DNA of 64,000 nucleotides from Candidatus Aminicenantes bacterium (GCA_963701305.1 OY969586.1:3863937-3927936); one strand, 5' to 3'; numbered from the stretch's first letter, positions 1 through 9,961 are shown. Notes: generated by a model from the sequence alone, not told the origin. A program made the numbers and translations.

Positions 1-262
1 AGAAAGTCTTTTCATGGCGGAAGAGAACCGTTTCCTCTCCCACCTCGAGAGGAGCGGCTCCCCCGATTTTGACCAGCCGGATCGGCGGCTCACTGGCGGC
101 CCCCAGCGCAGCCTTGGCCTCCGCCGAGGCGAAGGGACAGGCGCTGAGCTCGGCTTTTTTCTGGGCCAGTTTCATGGCGAAGGCCATGCAGGTTGGGACC
201 CCGCAATCGCCGCAATTCGTTTTCGGGAGTAGCTTAAAAATCTCAAGTCCGGATAGGGCCAT
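1..262 (-). CDS. acsC: Corrinoid iron-sulfur protein large subunit (AcsC/CdhE), N-terminal fragment running off the left edge
   Basis: Absent from the ORF track because there is no stop inside the window. My translation of the minus strand from ATG 262-260 gives MALSGLEIFKLLPKTNCGDCGVPTCMAFAMKLAQKKAELSACPFASAEAKAALGAASEPPIRLVKIGGAAPLEVGEETVLFRHEKTF. This shows the N-terminal 4Fe-4S Cys motif typical of CFeSP large subunits. It starts 1 nt after the acsD stop. Confidence 0.8.
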   Translation of the reverse strand, partial: MALSGLEIFKLLPKTNCGDCGVPTCMAFAMKLAQKKAELSACPFASAEAKAALGAASEPPIRLVKIGGAAPLEVGEETVLFRHEKTF

Positions 263-263
263 C

Positions 264-1253
264 TCAGCTCTCCTGCTTGGAATCGAACATTTCCTTGATC
301 TTTTTTTTGACCTCATCAACCGCCCGGGGATGATAGAGGATGAGGAGGTCCGCTCCGGCGACGAGCAGAGTCATGGCCGTCGCGATTTCCCAATATGCGC
401 CCCTGCGTTTTTCCTCTCCCCAGTTCGGATAATCCTTTTCCGGGGCGCGGGCCTCTTTGACTCTAGCGCTCTCGTACCCGGGAGTAATGAGCATGGGGTG
501 GCAGAGCATCTTGTCCCCGGCCAGACCGTCGTTCCGGATGCGCTCCATGATCGAATAGGTATATTCCAGCCCGTAGCCGAGGGCACCCGTCAGCGGGTCC
601 ATGACGATCCGCTCCGGCGGGAAGTTCAGGTCAGCCAGAAGAATATTGAGTTGTTTGGCCATGTTGACATCGATCGGAGTCTGGGCGACGAGGCAATGAT
701 GATAAGCCATGCAGGCCGCGGCGATGGTTTTGTAGTTGTTCGTTTCGACATAGTTGATGAGGCAGTTCTCGCCGGCCGCCACTTCGCACACTTTCTTCAT
801 CACCTCATTGACCTTCTCGAAGTGACTGTGCCCGGAGATGATCAGGGGCACCTTGACGGCTGCGAGCACTTCTTTGACCACGTCGGCGGCTTCTTCCGCG
901 CTTCGATTGCCCTTTTCGGGATGGGTCCCTTCCAGGCGAATGCTGATGAGCTCGGCATCGAACTCCTCGACGCAGCGTTTGGCCATCTCGCCGGGCCGGT
1001 CCAGGACATCCTGGAAGAATTCGCGCAGAGAATCAGGAAACTTGGCCGGCGGTTTGTCAAAGACCTCCATGGCCACAAGCGGACGACGCGGGGGAAGGCT
1101 CTCGAAGAAGAGGTAGGGAAGCCCCGTGCTCCCGCCTATGGTCACAGGATGGGAACGGCTTCCGCCTTGTTCGGCGGTCGCGCCGATCGTCACTTCGACA
1201 ATCTTTCCTGGACTTTTTTCTTTTGGTATCTCAAACGTCATCATCTCCCTCAC
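264..1253 (-). CDS. acsD: Corrinoid iron-sulfur protein small subunit (AcsD/CdhD)
   Basis: 329-aa ORF lying between cooC and acsC, recognised at family level. The listed start is GTG 1253, overlapping the cooC stop (GTGA). ATG alternatives lie at 1244 and 1241. Confidence 0.8.
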   Translation of the reverse strand: MREMMTFEIPKEKSPGKIVEVTIGATAEQGGSRSHPVTIGGSTGLPYLFFESLPPRRPLVAMEVFDKPPAKFPDSLREFFQDVLDRPGEMAKRCVEEFDAELISIRLEGTHPEKGNRSAEEAADVVKEVLAAVKVPLIISGHSHFEKVNEVMKKVCEVAAGENCLINYVETNNYKTIAAACMAYHHCLVAQTPIDVNMAKQLNILLADLNFPPERIVMDPLTGALGYGLEYTYSIMERIRNDGLAGDKMLCHPMLITPGYESARVKEARAPEKDYPNWGEEKRRGAYWEIATAMTLLVAGADLLILYHPRAVDEVKKKIKEMFDSKQES

Positions 1254-2005
1254 TTCAAATCGAGTTTGATCATCATCTGGCTTAAGGCTTGATAGGCTGT
1301 TGAGTTGGGCGAGATTGACCAGATCGGAACCCCTTCTCGATCCATCTCCAGGAGCTTCTCATCCTCTGGGATCGCGGCCAAGAGCTCAAGCCCCTCGGCC
1401 TCGATCGTCTTTTTGAGGGCGGGGGATTGGGAAGGAGCGGCCCGGTTGAGGATGAGATATTTTTTTGTCACGCGGGTATCGAGCTCGGAAAGGAGGCGGC
1501 TGATTCTTCCCGCCGTGGCTATGCCCCTCGTCGAAGGGTCGGAAACGATGAACAAAAAATCTACGGTCTGTCGGGTCCGCCGGCTGAGGTGCTCCATCCC
1601 CGCCTCGTTATCTATCACGACGTAGGCGTAGTTCGCGGCCAGTGTCTGGAGCACATCCTGGAGCAGGTTGTTCGCATAGCAATAACAGCCGGGGCCTTCG
1701 GGCCGGCCCATGGCCAAGAGATCGAAGGGTTTGGTTTCCACCAGGCTCGACTGGATTTTGTATTCCAGGAACTGCTGCTTCGTCATCCCGCCCGGCAGGC
1801 TCGAGATCTTTGTCTTCATCTCCTCGCGAATGTTGCCGATCGTCTCTTTGAGCGGGACCCCCAGCAGATCGTTGAGGTTGACGTTCGAATCAGCGTCGAC
1901 CGCCAGGATCGGACGACCTTTGGTTTCGCTGAGCCAGCGGATGATCAGAGAGGCCAGGGTAGACTTCCCGGTCCCGCCTTTTCCCGAGATGGCCAAGGTG
2001 ATCAT
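1250..2005 (-). CDS. cooC: CooC/AcsF-type Ni-insertion ATPase
   Basis: N-terminal P-loop GKGGTGKST and the CxC metal motif GPGCYCYANN. Located between acsB and acsD. Confidence 0.85.
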   Translation of the reverse strand: MITLAISGKGGTGKSTLASLIIRWLSETKGRPILAVDADSNVNLNDLLGVPLKETIGNIREEMKTKISSLPGGMTKQQFLEYKIQSSLVETKPFDLLAMGRPEGPGCYCYANNLLQDVLQTLAANYAYVVIDNEAGMEHLSRRTRQTVDFLFIVSDPSTRGIATAGRISRLLSELDTRVTKKYLILNRAAPSQSPALKKTIEAEGLELLAAIPEDEKLLEMDREGVPIWSISPNSTAYQALSQMMIKLDLK

Positions 2006-2017
2006 TTTTGTGGCACC

Positions 2018-4222
2018 TCAAAACAGGGGGGGCATCGCCAGAACGGGATGGTTCATCCGCGAGATGTAGGCCAGGACCTCCTCCTCCGTCGCGGCCACGG
2101 TCTCATCGGCGATCATCTCGACAAAATTCGGAATTCCATCCCGTTCGCCGATTTTCTTGAGCACGGGAGCCAGTTCTTCCTTCAACTCTTTGTTCATCCA
2201 GACGATTCGCTTCGCTCCTCCCTCGGCGCTGATGAACTTCCTGCTCCCGATGTAAAGTTTGCTATGGCCAATGAACCCGGGCGTCTGGACGCCACCGCCG
2301 ACCGTCCCCGCCAAGGTCGAAAATTTCATCCCGGAAGGCGTCATTCCCGGAAAATTTCTGTAGACAATCATGATTCCGTTGGTCGAAGGCAGGATGCAGG
2401 AGATGCATTCAAAGCAGCCGCAAGAGGTCATCGGGTTTTCGATCATGCTGTAGGCGTTGAAGGCCTGGAGAGTCTTGTGAGAACTGCCATAGACAAATTC
2501 ATTGATGCCCTGCCACTGTCCCTTGACCGGGTCAATCGACGGCCCTTTCTTGAGCGGCTGGTTGGCTCCTGTCGGGTTGATCTGATAGGCCGCCTTTCCG
2601 TCCAGCCAGTTGTAGGCGCCGCAGAGGCCCGAGCGCTCGGGAGTGATGACGCAGACGTGGTTCGGCGCGAAGGACTGGCAGAGCGTACAAGAATAGAAGG
2701 TGTCCACGGCCTCGTCGGTCAGGCTGCCGATCCGTTCATCTCTGTGCCTGTAGACCTGGCGCGCCTGCTCGATGTGAGCCTGGACTTCGTTCTCGCGGGT
2801 GTAGATTTTGATCTGGACTTTGTCGAAGATCTTTCCGAACTCGGCGTGGAACTTGGCATGGATGATCGAGCCGAGGTGACTGAACTTGAAGCCCTTCTCT
2901 TTGGCCTCCTTGCTGATCCGGACCCAATTGATATCCCGCTGTCCCATGTGGAAGACACCGTGAGCCATGTTGATGAAGTCATGGATCCGCCTCTCCAGGA
3001 TCGGCTCGAAATCGGGCTGCATCTGGCGTCCGGCGACCTCGACCCAGACCCCGAGGGGAAGCTGACTTCCTTCTTCGACCTCGTCGATCTCGGGGCCGAT
3101 GACCTCGATCTTACCGTCCTCCACCTCTTCCAGACTTTTTGTTGTCAAGAACTCAAAACCGGGCTTGGATGTCCCGGCCAACTCGACGAACATCTCTTCC
3201 TTCCGGATCCGCTCGCCCTGAAAAGCAGGACCGAAGGGAACCGGGATCGGAACTTTGGTGACGGTGATCTTGAGGCCGCGGACCTCGATCGCCTTGGAGA
3301 CGATCTTATCATGCGGAACAGGCGAAACGACGTGCTCGTAGGTGCAGATGCCCGTCGGCAGAATACAATCGATGTCCGTGTCGGCTATGGTCGGAAAGCC
3401 GAAATTGATCGCCCCGGCCGCCTGGGCATGCTTTTCATCATCAACCGGGCCAAAAGCCAGGACAAAAGCAAAGATCCGATTTTTGTTATAGCGCAGGACC
3501 CTCTGGAAATCCCCCGGCTGGGCCCCGCCAAAGGAGAGGGCCGCCCTGGTCGAAAAGCCCAGGGCGTGGATAGTGGCCGTGACGTCATCGCCGAAGGGGA
3601 CGAGCCGGGTTTCCCAACCCATCTCGATCCCTTCTTCGGCCAGCTGCTGGGCCATTGATTTGCCATCCGTGGCCGCCGACATGAAAACGTAGAGATTTTT
3701 CTCCTGGAGCTCACGGGCGATCTTGACCGCGATCTCATTCGTCGGGCAGTAGCCGACGCAGGCGGCGAATCCGGGCGCCGTATTGTCGACGAACTCGATT
3801 CCCCTTTCCCGCATGATCACATCGTTGGCCGCTCCCAGCCAGAGGCGGCCGTCACGCGGATTCGTCTCGGGGAGGTAGGGGAGCGGGCTTTGGGTGTACT
3901 TGATCGCTTCGATGATCTCATCTGCGAAAAGCGTCGCCATGCCCGCGTCCATCGTATGTCCCAGGTAGGGAAGCCAGAGCCTGTCATCCGGGATCGGAGG
4001 GAGGAGCCTCTTGGCTTCCTCAAGGAGCTCCCTGAGTCCTCCCAGCGTTTCGATCTTCAGGCCGAGCATTCCATAGGAGATCGGGAGGTAGTAGCCCGTG
4101 TTGGGGAATTCCACTTTCGTCTGGGGGCCTTTTTCTTCCAGAGCCTTGAGCAGCTCTCCCTCGGCCCTGGTCACGAGCTTGTGGGCCCCGCGAATGGCTT
4201 TGGTGGCGATTATTTTCGACAT
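2018..4222 (-). CDS. acsB: Acetyl-CoA synthase (CO-methylating, A-cluster subunit)
   Basis: 734-aa ORF containing the Cys-Gly-Cys A-cluster region (TSCGCFECISC). Length and context are typical of bacterial AcsB. Confidence 0.93.
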   Translation of the reverse strand: MSKIIATKAIRGAHKLVTRAEGELLKALEEKGPQTKVEFPNTGYYLPISYGMLGLKIETLGGLRELLEEAKRLLPPIPDDRLWLPYLGHTMDAGMATLFADEIIEAIKYTQSPLPYLPETNPRDGRLWLGAANDVIMRERGIEFVDNTAPGFAACVGYCPTNEIAVKIARELQEKNLYVFMSAATDGKSMAQQLAEEGIEMGWETRLVPFGDDVTATIHALGFSTRAALSFGGAQPGDFQRVLRYNKNRIFAFVLAFGPVDDEKHAQAAGAINFGFPTIADTDIDCILPTGICTYEHVVSPVPHDKIVSKAIEVRGLKITVTKVPIPVPFGPAFQGERIRKEEMFVELAGTSKPGFEFLTTKSLEEVEDGKIEVIGPEIDEVEEGSQLPLGVWVEVAGRQMQPDFEPILERRIHDFINMAHGVFHMGQRDINWVRISKEAKEKGFKFSHLGSIIHAKFHAEFGKIFDKVQIKIYTRENEVQAHIEQARQVYRHRDERIGSLTDEAVDTFYSCTLCQSFAPNHVCVITPERSGLCGAYNWLDGKAAYQINPTGANQPLKKGPSIDPVKGQWQGINEFVYGSSHKTLQAFNAYSMIENPMTSCGCFECISCILPSTNGIMIVYRNFPGMTPSGMKFSTLAGTVGGGVQTPGFIGHSKLYIGSRKFISAEGGAKRIVWMNKELKEELAPVLKKIGERDGIPNFVEMIADETVAATEEEVLAYISRMNHPVLAMPPLF

Positions 4223-4225
4223 GGT

Positions 4226-6163
4226 TTAAACTTCCAGTTGCCGGCGCATTTCCATATCAAAGAGGACTCGCTCTTTGCCCTTGCCGATGCCCAGCTTTTC
4301 CCGTTTTTGATTGATGTGGTCGATGATCATCCCGGCCATCTTATGTGTGTCCGGCTCGGCCGCCCACATCCCGCCGAAAATATCCTTGAACTCTTCAAAA
4401 ATGTGGGCGCTGAAAACGGCGCTCCCGCGGACGGGGAGACCGATCCCGAAAACGGTGAAAACGCCGGAGGCGACAAAATACTGGCCGATGGCGATGGCCT
4501 TTTCGCTCATCCATTCCGGCGCCGCGCCGGCCACCGGGAGGTCGCTGATGTCTTTGCCCAATCCGCCGACTTTGACCATCTCGGTCAGAGCCATGAGCAG
4601 TCGGCTGTTGTCCACACAGGATCCCGAATGAAGGACGGGCGGCATCCCCACGGCTTTGCAGACTTCGGCCAGACCCGGGCCTGCATATTTCTCCGCCGAC
4701 TCGGGTGTCAGGAATCCGGCCTTGGCGCAGGCGATGGCCGAGCAACCGGTTTGAACGACCAGGATATCGTTGGCGATCAGCTCCTCCACCAAACTGACAT
4801 GGCACTGGTCGGGGATGACCTTGGGGTTCGAGCAGCCGACGACGCCCGCGACGCCTTTGATCCGGCCGTTAACGATGTTGTCATTCAGCGGGACATAGGA
4901 GCCGCGGAAACTCCCGCCCAGCATATACATGATAGCCTCATGGCTGAAACCGGCGACGAGGTCCATTTTTTTGTTAGGAATGTCTACCGGGCCCCGGTTG
5001 GCGAAGTTGTCGATCGCCTCCGTGATAATCGTCTTGGCCGCTTCGTAGGCTTTTTCGGGATGGAAATCGACGTGTCGGGCCCCCTCGATCCTGCCTTTTT
5101 CAGAGGTGGTGATGAGCAGGGTATGAAAATTCTTGCACAGCTGAGAAAGGGAAGGCATGATGCACTGAACATCAACAATCATGGCCTCCACTGCACCAGT
5201 GGCCACGGCGAGTTCCTGCTGGAGGACATTGCCGGCAATCGGCAGGCCGTGGCGGAGCAGGATCTCATTGGCCGTACAACAAATTCCGACAAGGTTAATG
5301 CCGGAGGCGCCCCTCGATTTGGCGAGATCGATCAGCTCTTTATCCTTGACCGCGACCGCCAGCATCTCAGAGAGAACCGGCTCGTGGCCGTGGACGACGA
5401 TGTTGACGTCGCTCTTGGAGATGACTCCCAGGTTGACCTGGCCGCGCACCGGTGAGGGCGTGCCAAAGAGGATATCCTGGAGCTCGGTCGCGATCATCGA
5501 CCCTCCCCAGCCGTCGGCCAGGGCCGTGCGGGCGCCCTGGAGCATGAGACTTCGGTGGTCCTGATCCACTCCCATGCTCGTCCGGTGCATCATCTCCACG
5601 ACCTCGCGGTCGATGCCGCGGGGGACGATGTCGAGGGCGCGCCAGAGGGCCTGTCTTGTTTCGGGAGCCCGTTTGATGAAGGCAATCTCTCCCTCCTGCT
5701 GACCAAATGTGGCCAGGGCCCTGCGGGCGACCTCGAGGGCAAGATCCTCTTTCGATTTGTTCTCCGTCGGCAGGTCAAAAATCTGCGCCACCCGCCTGAG
5801 CTTCTGGACATCCCGGATGGCGTAGCCTGCCCCGGGGTGCTGAGCGGCCAGGGCAAGCGTCCGGGCGACCTCGCGGCCGTGGTCGGAGTGAGCCGCTGTT
5901 CCGGCCGCGATCATCCGGCAAAAATTCCGGGCGACGATCACCTCCGCCGTGGCGCCACAAACGCCTTTTTGAGGCTTCTTGCCGGTCGGATTGATCCGGC
6001 AAGGCCCCATATAACAGTGACGACAGCAGAGGCCCTGCTCGCCAAAGCCGCAATGAGGCTTCTGCTGTTCGGCCCGGTCAAAGACGGTTTCGATATTCTT
6101 CTTTTCTAAACCGTCAACAGCGGGCGTGTGCGGGCTCTCCGTTTTGATTTTGTCGCTCATCAT
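4226..6163 (-). CDS. cooS: Ni-dependent carbon monoxide dehydrogenase catalytic subunit
   Basis: 645-aa ORF with an N-terminal Cys-rich cluster region (HCGFGEQGLCCRHCYMGPCRI). Its stop lies 3 nt before the acsB start. Confidence 0.93.
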   Translation of the reverse strand: MMSDKIKTESPHTPAVDGLEKKNIETVFDRAEQQKPHCGFGEQGLCCRHCYMGPCRINPTGKKPQKGVCGATAEVIVARNFCRMIAAGTAAHSDHGREVARTLALAAQHPGAGYAIRDVQKLRRVAQIFDLPTENKSKEDLALEVARRALATFGQQEGEIAFIKRAPETRQALWRALDIVPRGIDREVVEMMHRTSMGVDQDHRSLMLQGARTALADGWGGSMIATELQDILFGTPSPVRGQVNLGVISKSDVNIVVHGHEPVLSEMLAVAVKDKELIDLAKSRGASGINLVGICCTANEILLRHGLPIAGNVLQQELAVATGAVEAMIVDVQCIMPSLSQLCKNFHTLLITTSEKGRIEGARHVDFHPEKAYEAAKTIITEAIDNFANRGPVDIPNKKMDLVAGFSHEAIMYMLGGSFRGSYVPLNDNIVNGRIKGVAGVVGCSNPKVIPDQCHVSLVEELIANDILVVQTGCSAIACAKAGFLTPESAEKYAGPGLAEVCKAVGMPPVLHSGSCVDNSRLLMALTEMVKVGGLGKDISDLPVAGAAPEWMSEKAIAIGQYFVASGVFTVFGIGLPVRGSAVFSAHIFEEFKDIFGGMWAAEPDTHKMAGMIIDHINQKREKLGIGKGKERVLFDMEMRRQLEV

Positions 6164-6211
6164 TCACTCTCTTCTTACGAATTCTAAAATATTTCCTGTC
6201 TCAGATAACAG

Positions 6212-7258
6212 TTAGACACGCAAGCGCCGGCTGACTTCGCAGAGTTCGGAAAACACTTTTTCGGACAACTCCACGGGGAGCGATCCCGTCCCGCAGCTCG
6301 GGGTGACCAGGCATTGTTCCCAGATCAAGCTTTTATCGACTCCCTTGGAGGAGAGATTGTTGACCACGGTGTTCAGCTTCAAGACAAGACTTTCCGCCGA
6401 CTCCTGGCCTATCTTGGCGGACGTGGGCACGACCCCCCAGGCCAGGATTCCGCCCCGCTTCAGATACTCCCCGACCTTGTCTGCGTAGTAGGCAATCGTC
6501 TCGCCGAATTCAAAGGCGTCGAAGCTGATAATGTCGACGCCGGCGTCTATCAGGATCGTCCATTCCGTGTTGCCGCAGCAATGGACCCCGGCCAATCCCT
6601 CTTCCTTATGGACGGCCTCGATGACCTCATGGAGGTATTGGACGACGTCGGGCCTCTGGACGCTGACATAGGTCGATGACCCGAAAGCCGAGAGGATGGG
6701 TTCATCGATGAAACAGATCTGGGGGCGGCCCAGGAATTTAAACTTGTTGAGAAGCCAGCGGGCTTTCATCTCGGTCCCCTTGACGATGACATCCCGGAGA
6801 ACCTCGTTATAATAGACGGCCCGCTTGTTCTCATCCACCCGGCCCAGACCAATGGTGATGGGGCCCGTGACCTGGTTTTTGAATAACTTCAGGCAAGAGG
6901 GCTTCTGGGTGCTCAGCTTCTTTTCCATGGCATAGAGGCCCCGGCTGAAATCCGGGGAGATCCGGAAGTGCTCCAGGTTCTCCGTCATATAATTCTCGTA
7001 GAACTTTTCTAGCTCCGAGGTCATATCTTTGCTCGTGTCAAAGTACATCCGCTGCGTGGCCCGGTCGAGAACGACGCCGGGGAGTCCTTCGCAGTATTGG
7101 ATCTCCATACTCTCCCTGAAATCCGTGTGCGGCAGCTGGGGCCAGAAGGGTATTTCGGGAATGCTGTTCAAGACGACATCGCAGGCGGCCGCGGGGTCCG
7201 TGTGGGGCAGGCTCCCGATGGCCGTCGCCAGGCATTGAGGATGAAACGTCATGGGCAT
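6212..7258 (-). CDS. Short cobalamin-independent methionine synthase catalytic-domain (MetE core) family methyltransferase
   Basis: 348-aa ORF. It carries MetE C-terminal-domain-like motifs: FIDEPILSA (compare IDEPAL), VHCCGNT (HxC zinc ligands) and TPSCGTG (distal Cys ligand). It is about half the length of full MetE. Confidence 0.65.
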   Translation of the reverse strand: MPMTFHPQCLATAIGSLPHTDPAAACDVVLNSIPEIPFWPQLPHTDFRESMEIQYCEGLPGVVLDRATQRMYFDTSKDMTSELEKFYENYMTENLEHFRISPDFSRGLYAMEKKLSTQKPSCLKLFKNQVTGPITIGLGRVDENKRAVYYNEVLRDVIVKGTEMKARWLLNKFKFLGRPQICFIDEPILSAFGSSTYVSVQRPDVVQYLHEVIEAVHKEEGLAGVHCCGNTEWTILIDAGVDIISFDAFEFGETIAYYADKVGEYLKRGGILAWGVVPTSAKIGQESAESLVLKLNTVVNNLSSKGVDKSLIWEQCLVTPSCGTGSLPVELSEKVFSELCEVSRRLRV

Positions 7259-7333
7259 ACCTCTCTTCCAGATTCTTGAGAGTCCAGTTTACTCCGGGGA
7301 GTCCCTCGGTTATAGGACCAACGCCGCGATAAT

Positions 7334-7372
7334 TTGTAAAATTATGCTAAATTTGCGGGCAAAAAATAGAGG
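7334..7372. promoter_or_regulatory. Copy 1 of a ~40-nt conserved intergenic element (upstream of the MetE-core gene)
   Basis: TTGTAAAATTATGCTAAATTTGCGGGCAAAAAATAGAGG aligns with 10649-10688 at 33 identical positions in 41 alignment columns (hand alignment). Confidence 0.45.
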
Positions 7373-7388
7373 GACCATACCAGAATAT

Positions 7389-8195
7389 CTAAACGGGGTG
7401 GCCGTTTCTTGGAGTCGCGCCGGCCCGGTCGATGAGCGCCCGGGTGATGGCCAGGAATTCGCGCCGCAGGGGCTCGTCCAAAATGTCGATGAGCGTCTGG
7501 AACTTGAGGTCGGCGTCCCTGATCATCTCGCTGTAAGGCAGGAGACCGATGATCAGTCCGGGAACGAACTGGGAGACGATCCAATCTCGCTGCTCCCTGT
7601 TCTGAATTTTGTTGCCGATGACCGCAAAGGAATGAAGGCCGATCTCATCAGCCAATCTGAAGATGGTCCGGGCCGTGGCCACGCTTCGCTCGCCCGGTTC
7701 GACCACGATGACCAGGGTGTCTATCGCCCGGGCCGTGCCGCGGCCCAGATGCTCAATCCCGGCCTCCATGTCCACGACCACGGCCTCGTCCCGGTTGAGC
7801 AGGATTTCAGAGAGAAGGCTGCGGAGGAGGACATTCTCGGGACAGGCACAACCTTGGCCTCCCTTCCTCACCGCACCCATGACCAAGAGTTTTATCCCCC
7901 GGAAACGGATCGAGAGCCCCTCCGGGATATCGTCTACCCGTGGGTTGATCTTGAAGAGCTGCCCGAACTCCTTCGGGTTGGCCCCGGTCCTATCCCTGAC
8001 AAGGTCCCGCTGTGCCGAAACGGGAATGATCCGAGATGCTTCCGCCGCTGGAATCCCGAGGGCGGAAGCCAGGTTGGCGTCGGGGTCGGCGTCCACGGCC
8101 AGAACTTTGTAGCCTGCGGCGGCCAGGTAATGGGACAGAAGACCGGCGATCGTCGATTTCCCCGTTCCGCCTTTTCCAGAGATCGCGATTTTCAT
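7389..8195 (-). CDS. cooC: CooC-family Ni-insertion ATPase (second copy)
   Basis: P-loop GKGGTGKST and CxC motif GGQGCACPEN. ATG 8195-8193 shares one nucleotide with the upstream RACo stop (TGATG). The track's start at 8198 is a TTG one codon earlier. Confidence 0.8.
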   Translation of the reverse strand: MKIAISGKGGTGKSTIAGLLSHYLAAAGYKVLAVDADPDANLASALGIPAAEASRIIPVSAQRDLVRDRTGANPKEFGQLFKINPRVDDIPEGLSIRFRGIKLLVMGAVRKGGQGCACPENVLLRSLLSEILLNRDEAVVVDMEAGIEHLGRGTARAIDTLVIVVEPGERSVATARTIFRLADEIGLHSFAVIGNKIQNREQRDWIVSQFVPGLIIGLLPYSEMIRDADLKFQTLIDILDEPLRREFLAITRALIDRAGATPRNGHPV

Positions 8196-9961
8196 CAAGG
8201 ATCCGCCTCTGGAAATTCGAGGGATTCGATAAACTTTTTCTGGAATTCCGGGTCTGAAGCCAGGGAGACGTGGGAGACCGACTTGATCATCTTTTTGAGG
8301 AACGTCCGGCTCGGAAGGGAGAGCAGCAACTCCTTGGCTCCGGACAGAGAAGCGTTCCCGATAAAGACGATTTTCTTCCGAGCGATCGCAGGCAGGAGAC
8401 CGATGGCTTGGCTGTTTCGGACATTAAGATAGTTCCCAAACGCGCCGGCGATCAATACTCCATCGAGGTCTTCTGGGCTCAGGCCGCCCTTCTCCAGCAT
8501 CATCTTGACACCGGTCTTAACCGCAGCGATGGCCAGCTGAACTTCCCTGACATCTTTCTGGGTGATGGAAACTCCTTCTGCAACCGGGAGAATCCTTGAT
8601 TCGGGGACGATCTTGCCTTGAGGAGTGATATCTCCCTTCTGTTTGAACAGGGCGAGAAGGTCGATCAGGCCCGTGCCACAAATCCCGATGGGAGCGTGGT
8701 CAGCAATTGTGAAAACTTCAAGCTCCTTTCCGAATTGCGCCTTATAAATCGCGCCGGGAAGGGCCAGCATCCCTGCGCTGATATTCATTCCTTCGAACGC
8801 CGGCCCGGCCGCGGTCGATGTCGCCCACAGGGATTTTCCTTTCTTGAGAACGATCTCGCCGTTCGTGCCCAGGTCGACAAAAATAAAATTCCCCGGCCGT
8901 CGGGCCAGGTCCGAGGCCAGGATCCCGGCAGAGATATCCCCGCCGACAAAGCTCTTTATATTGGGGACGATGAAAGCCTTGGCCTGTTCGTTAAGCTCTA
9001 GTCCCAGCTCCGCAGCCCGGAGTTCGTCCAGGTTGGAAAAAACTGCGTTAAAAGGAGCAACGGCAAGGGTTTTAACCGGAAGCCCCAAGAGAAGATGGTT
9101 CATCGTTGTGTTCCCGGCCACGACGACCTCGTAAAGGCTGCTCTCGGGGATATGGTTTCGCTCTTCCAGCTCGTGAATGAGACCGTTGAGTTGCCGGATA
9201 ATGCTCAGCCGCAAATCCTCCAAGTTCTGATCGCTCAGAAAAGCATGCGAAATCCTGGACACAACGTCCGAGCCGAACCTGGACTGGCTGTTGAGCGCTG
9301 TGGCCAGATCGGCCGTTGCGCCCGTATGAAGGTCCACAAGTTCGACCACCACGGTCGTGGTTCCCAGGTCCACGGCGATCCCATAATTTTTGTCTGTCGT
9401 ATCGCCGGCCTCGAGAGCGAGGATCTCCTTATCATCGAAAATGACCGCGGTCAGCCGGCCCTGAGTTTCTTGGAGAAGTGCCGGGAGCTTCTTGAGAAGC
9501 GGGAGAGACACCCTCAGCCCTTTTCGCTTGAGCCCCTCTTCGACCAGTTCGAGGGCGGACGCCGGATTCAATATCCGCGGCGAGGGCACCTCGAGGAAGT
9601 ATTTTTTGACCGGCGGATTCACGACGACCGACATCCGCTGGCCCGTCGTGAGGATATTCGTCTCCCTGAACAAAGACCCGCGGGGAATCTTGACGGCGAG
9701 GCTTCCATGAATCTTGTAGAGGCACGAGAGTCTTGAACGGGCCGGCAGTTTTTTCTGCCGGATCAAGAGCGCTTCTTTCTCTGTGGGGGGCGGGATCTCT
9801 CCGCTGACGATTTCGACAAAACACTTGCCGCAGACTCCCCGTTTGCGGCAGTAAGTGCTCAGCGGAATTCCGGCTTCCTCGATTTTCTCGGCGAGACTAT
9901 CTCCCTCACAAACAGGAAGCCTCAGGGCGGGTGAGACAATTTCAAGACTGAGTTTCTTCAT
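8195..9961 (-). CDS. Reductive activator of corrinoid proteins (RACo/AcsV-like; 2Fe-2S ferredoxin domain plus ASKHA ATPase domain)
   Basis: 588-aa ORF. The N-terminal plant-type ferredoxin Cys pattern is CRKRGVCGKCFVE...C. The long C-terminal region has actin-fold-like motifs (AVDLGTTTV, VDLGTNGE). Confidence 0.75.
   Translation of the reverse strand: MKKLSLEIVSPALRLPVCEGDSLAEKIEEAGIPLSTYCRKRGVCGKCFVEIVSGEIPPPTEKEALLIRQKKLPARSRLSCLYKIHGSLAVKIPRGSLFRETNILTTGQRMSVVVNPPVKKYFLEVPSPRILNPASALELVEEGLKRKGLRVSLPLLKKLPALLQETQGRLTAVIFDDKEILALEAGDTTDKNYGIAVDLGTTTVVVELVDLHTGATADLATALNSQSRFGSDVVSRISHAFLSDQNLEDLRLSIIRQLNGLIHELEERNHIPESSLYEVVVAGNTTMNHLLLGLPVKTLAVAPFNAVFSNLDELRAAELGLELNEQAKAFIVPNIKSFVGGDISAGILASDLARRPGNFIFVDLGTNGEIVLKKGKSLWATSTAAGPAFEGMNISAGMLALPGAIYKAQFGKELEVFTIADHAPIGICGTGLIDLLALFKQKGDITPQGKIVPESRILPVAEGVSITQKDVREVQLAIAAVKTGVKMMLEKGGLSPEDLDGVLIAGAFGNYLNVRNSQAIGLLPAIARKKIVFIGNASLSGAKELLLSLPSRTFLKKMIKSVSHVSLASDPEFQKKFIESLEFPEADP

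Noticed and set aside
1-262. A claim that acsE is absent from the organism.
   Set aside because: The operon continues beyond the left edge, with acsC truncated by the window. Only absence within 1-10593 can be stated.
1427-3658. A 743-aa plus-strand ORF. Similar long antisense ORFs occur at 69-1292, 3890-5455, 7251-8432, 26555-27829, 41455-42588, 44814-45794, 50111-50947 and 58737-59459.
   Set aside because: Each lies entirely opposite a gene with clear family motifs. Their translations are low-complexity and rich in R, G, D and P, with no recognisable domains. These are typical shadow ORFs of GC-rich coding DNA.
7259-7388. SAM or cobalamin riboswitch upstream of the MetE-like gene.
   Set aside because: The spacer is only 130 nt. 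I could find no B12 box, no SAM-I-type four-way junction pairing, and no convincing terminator.
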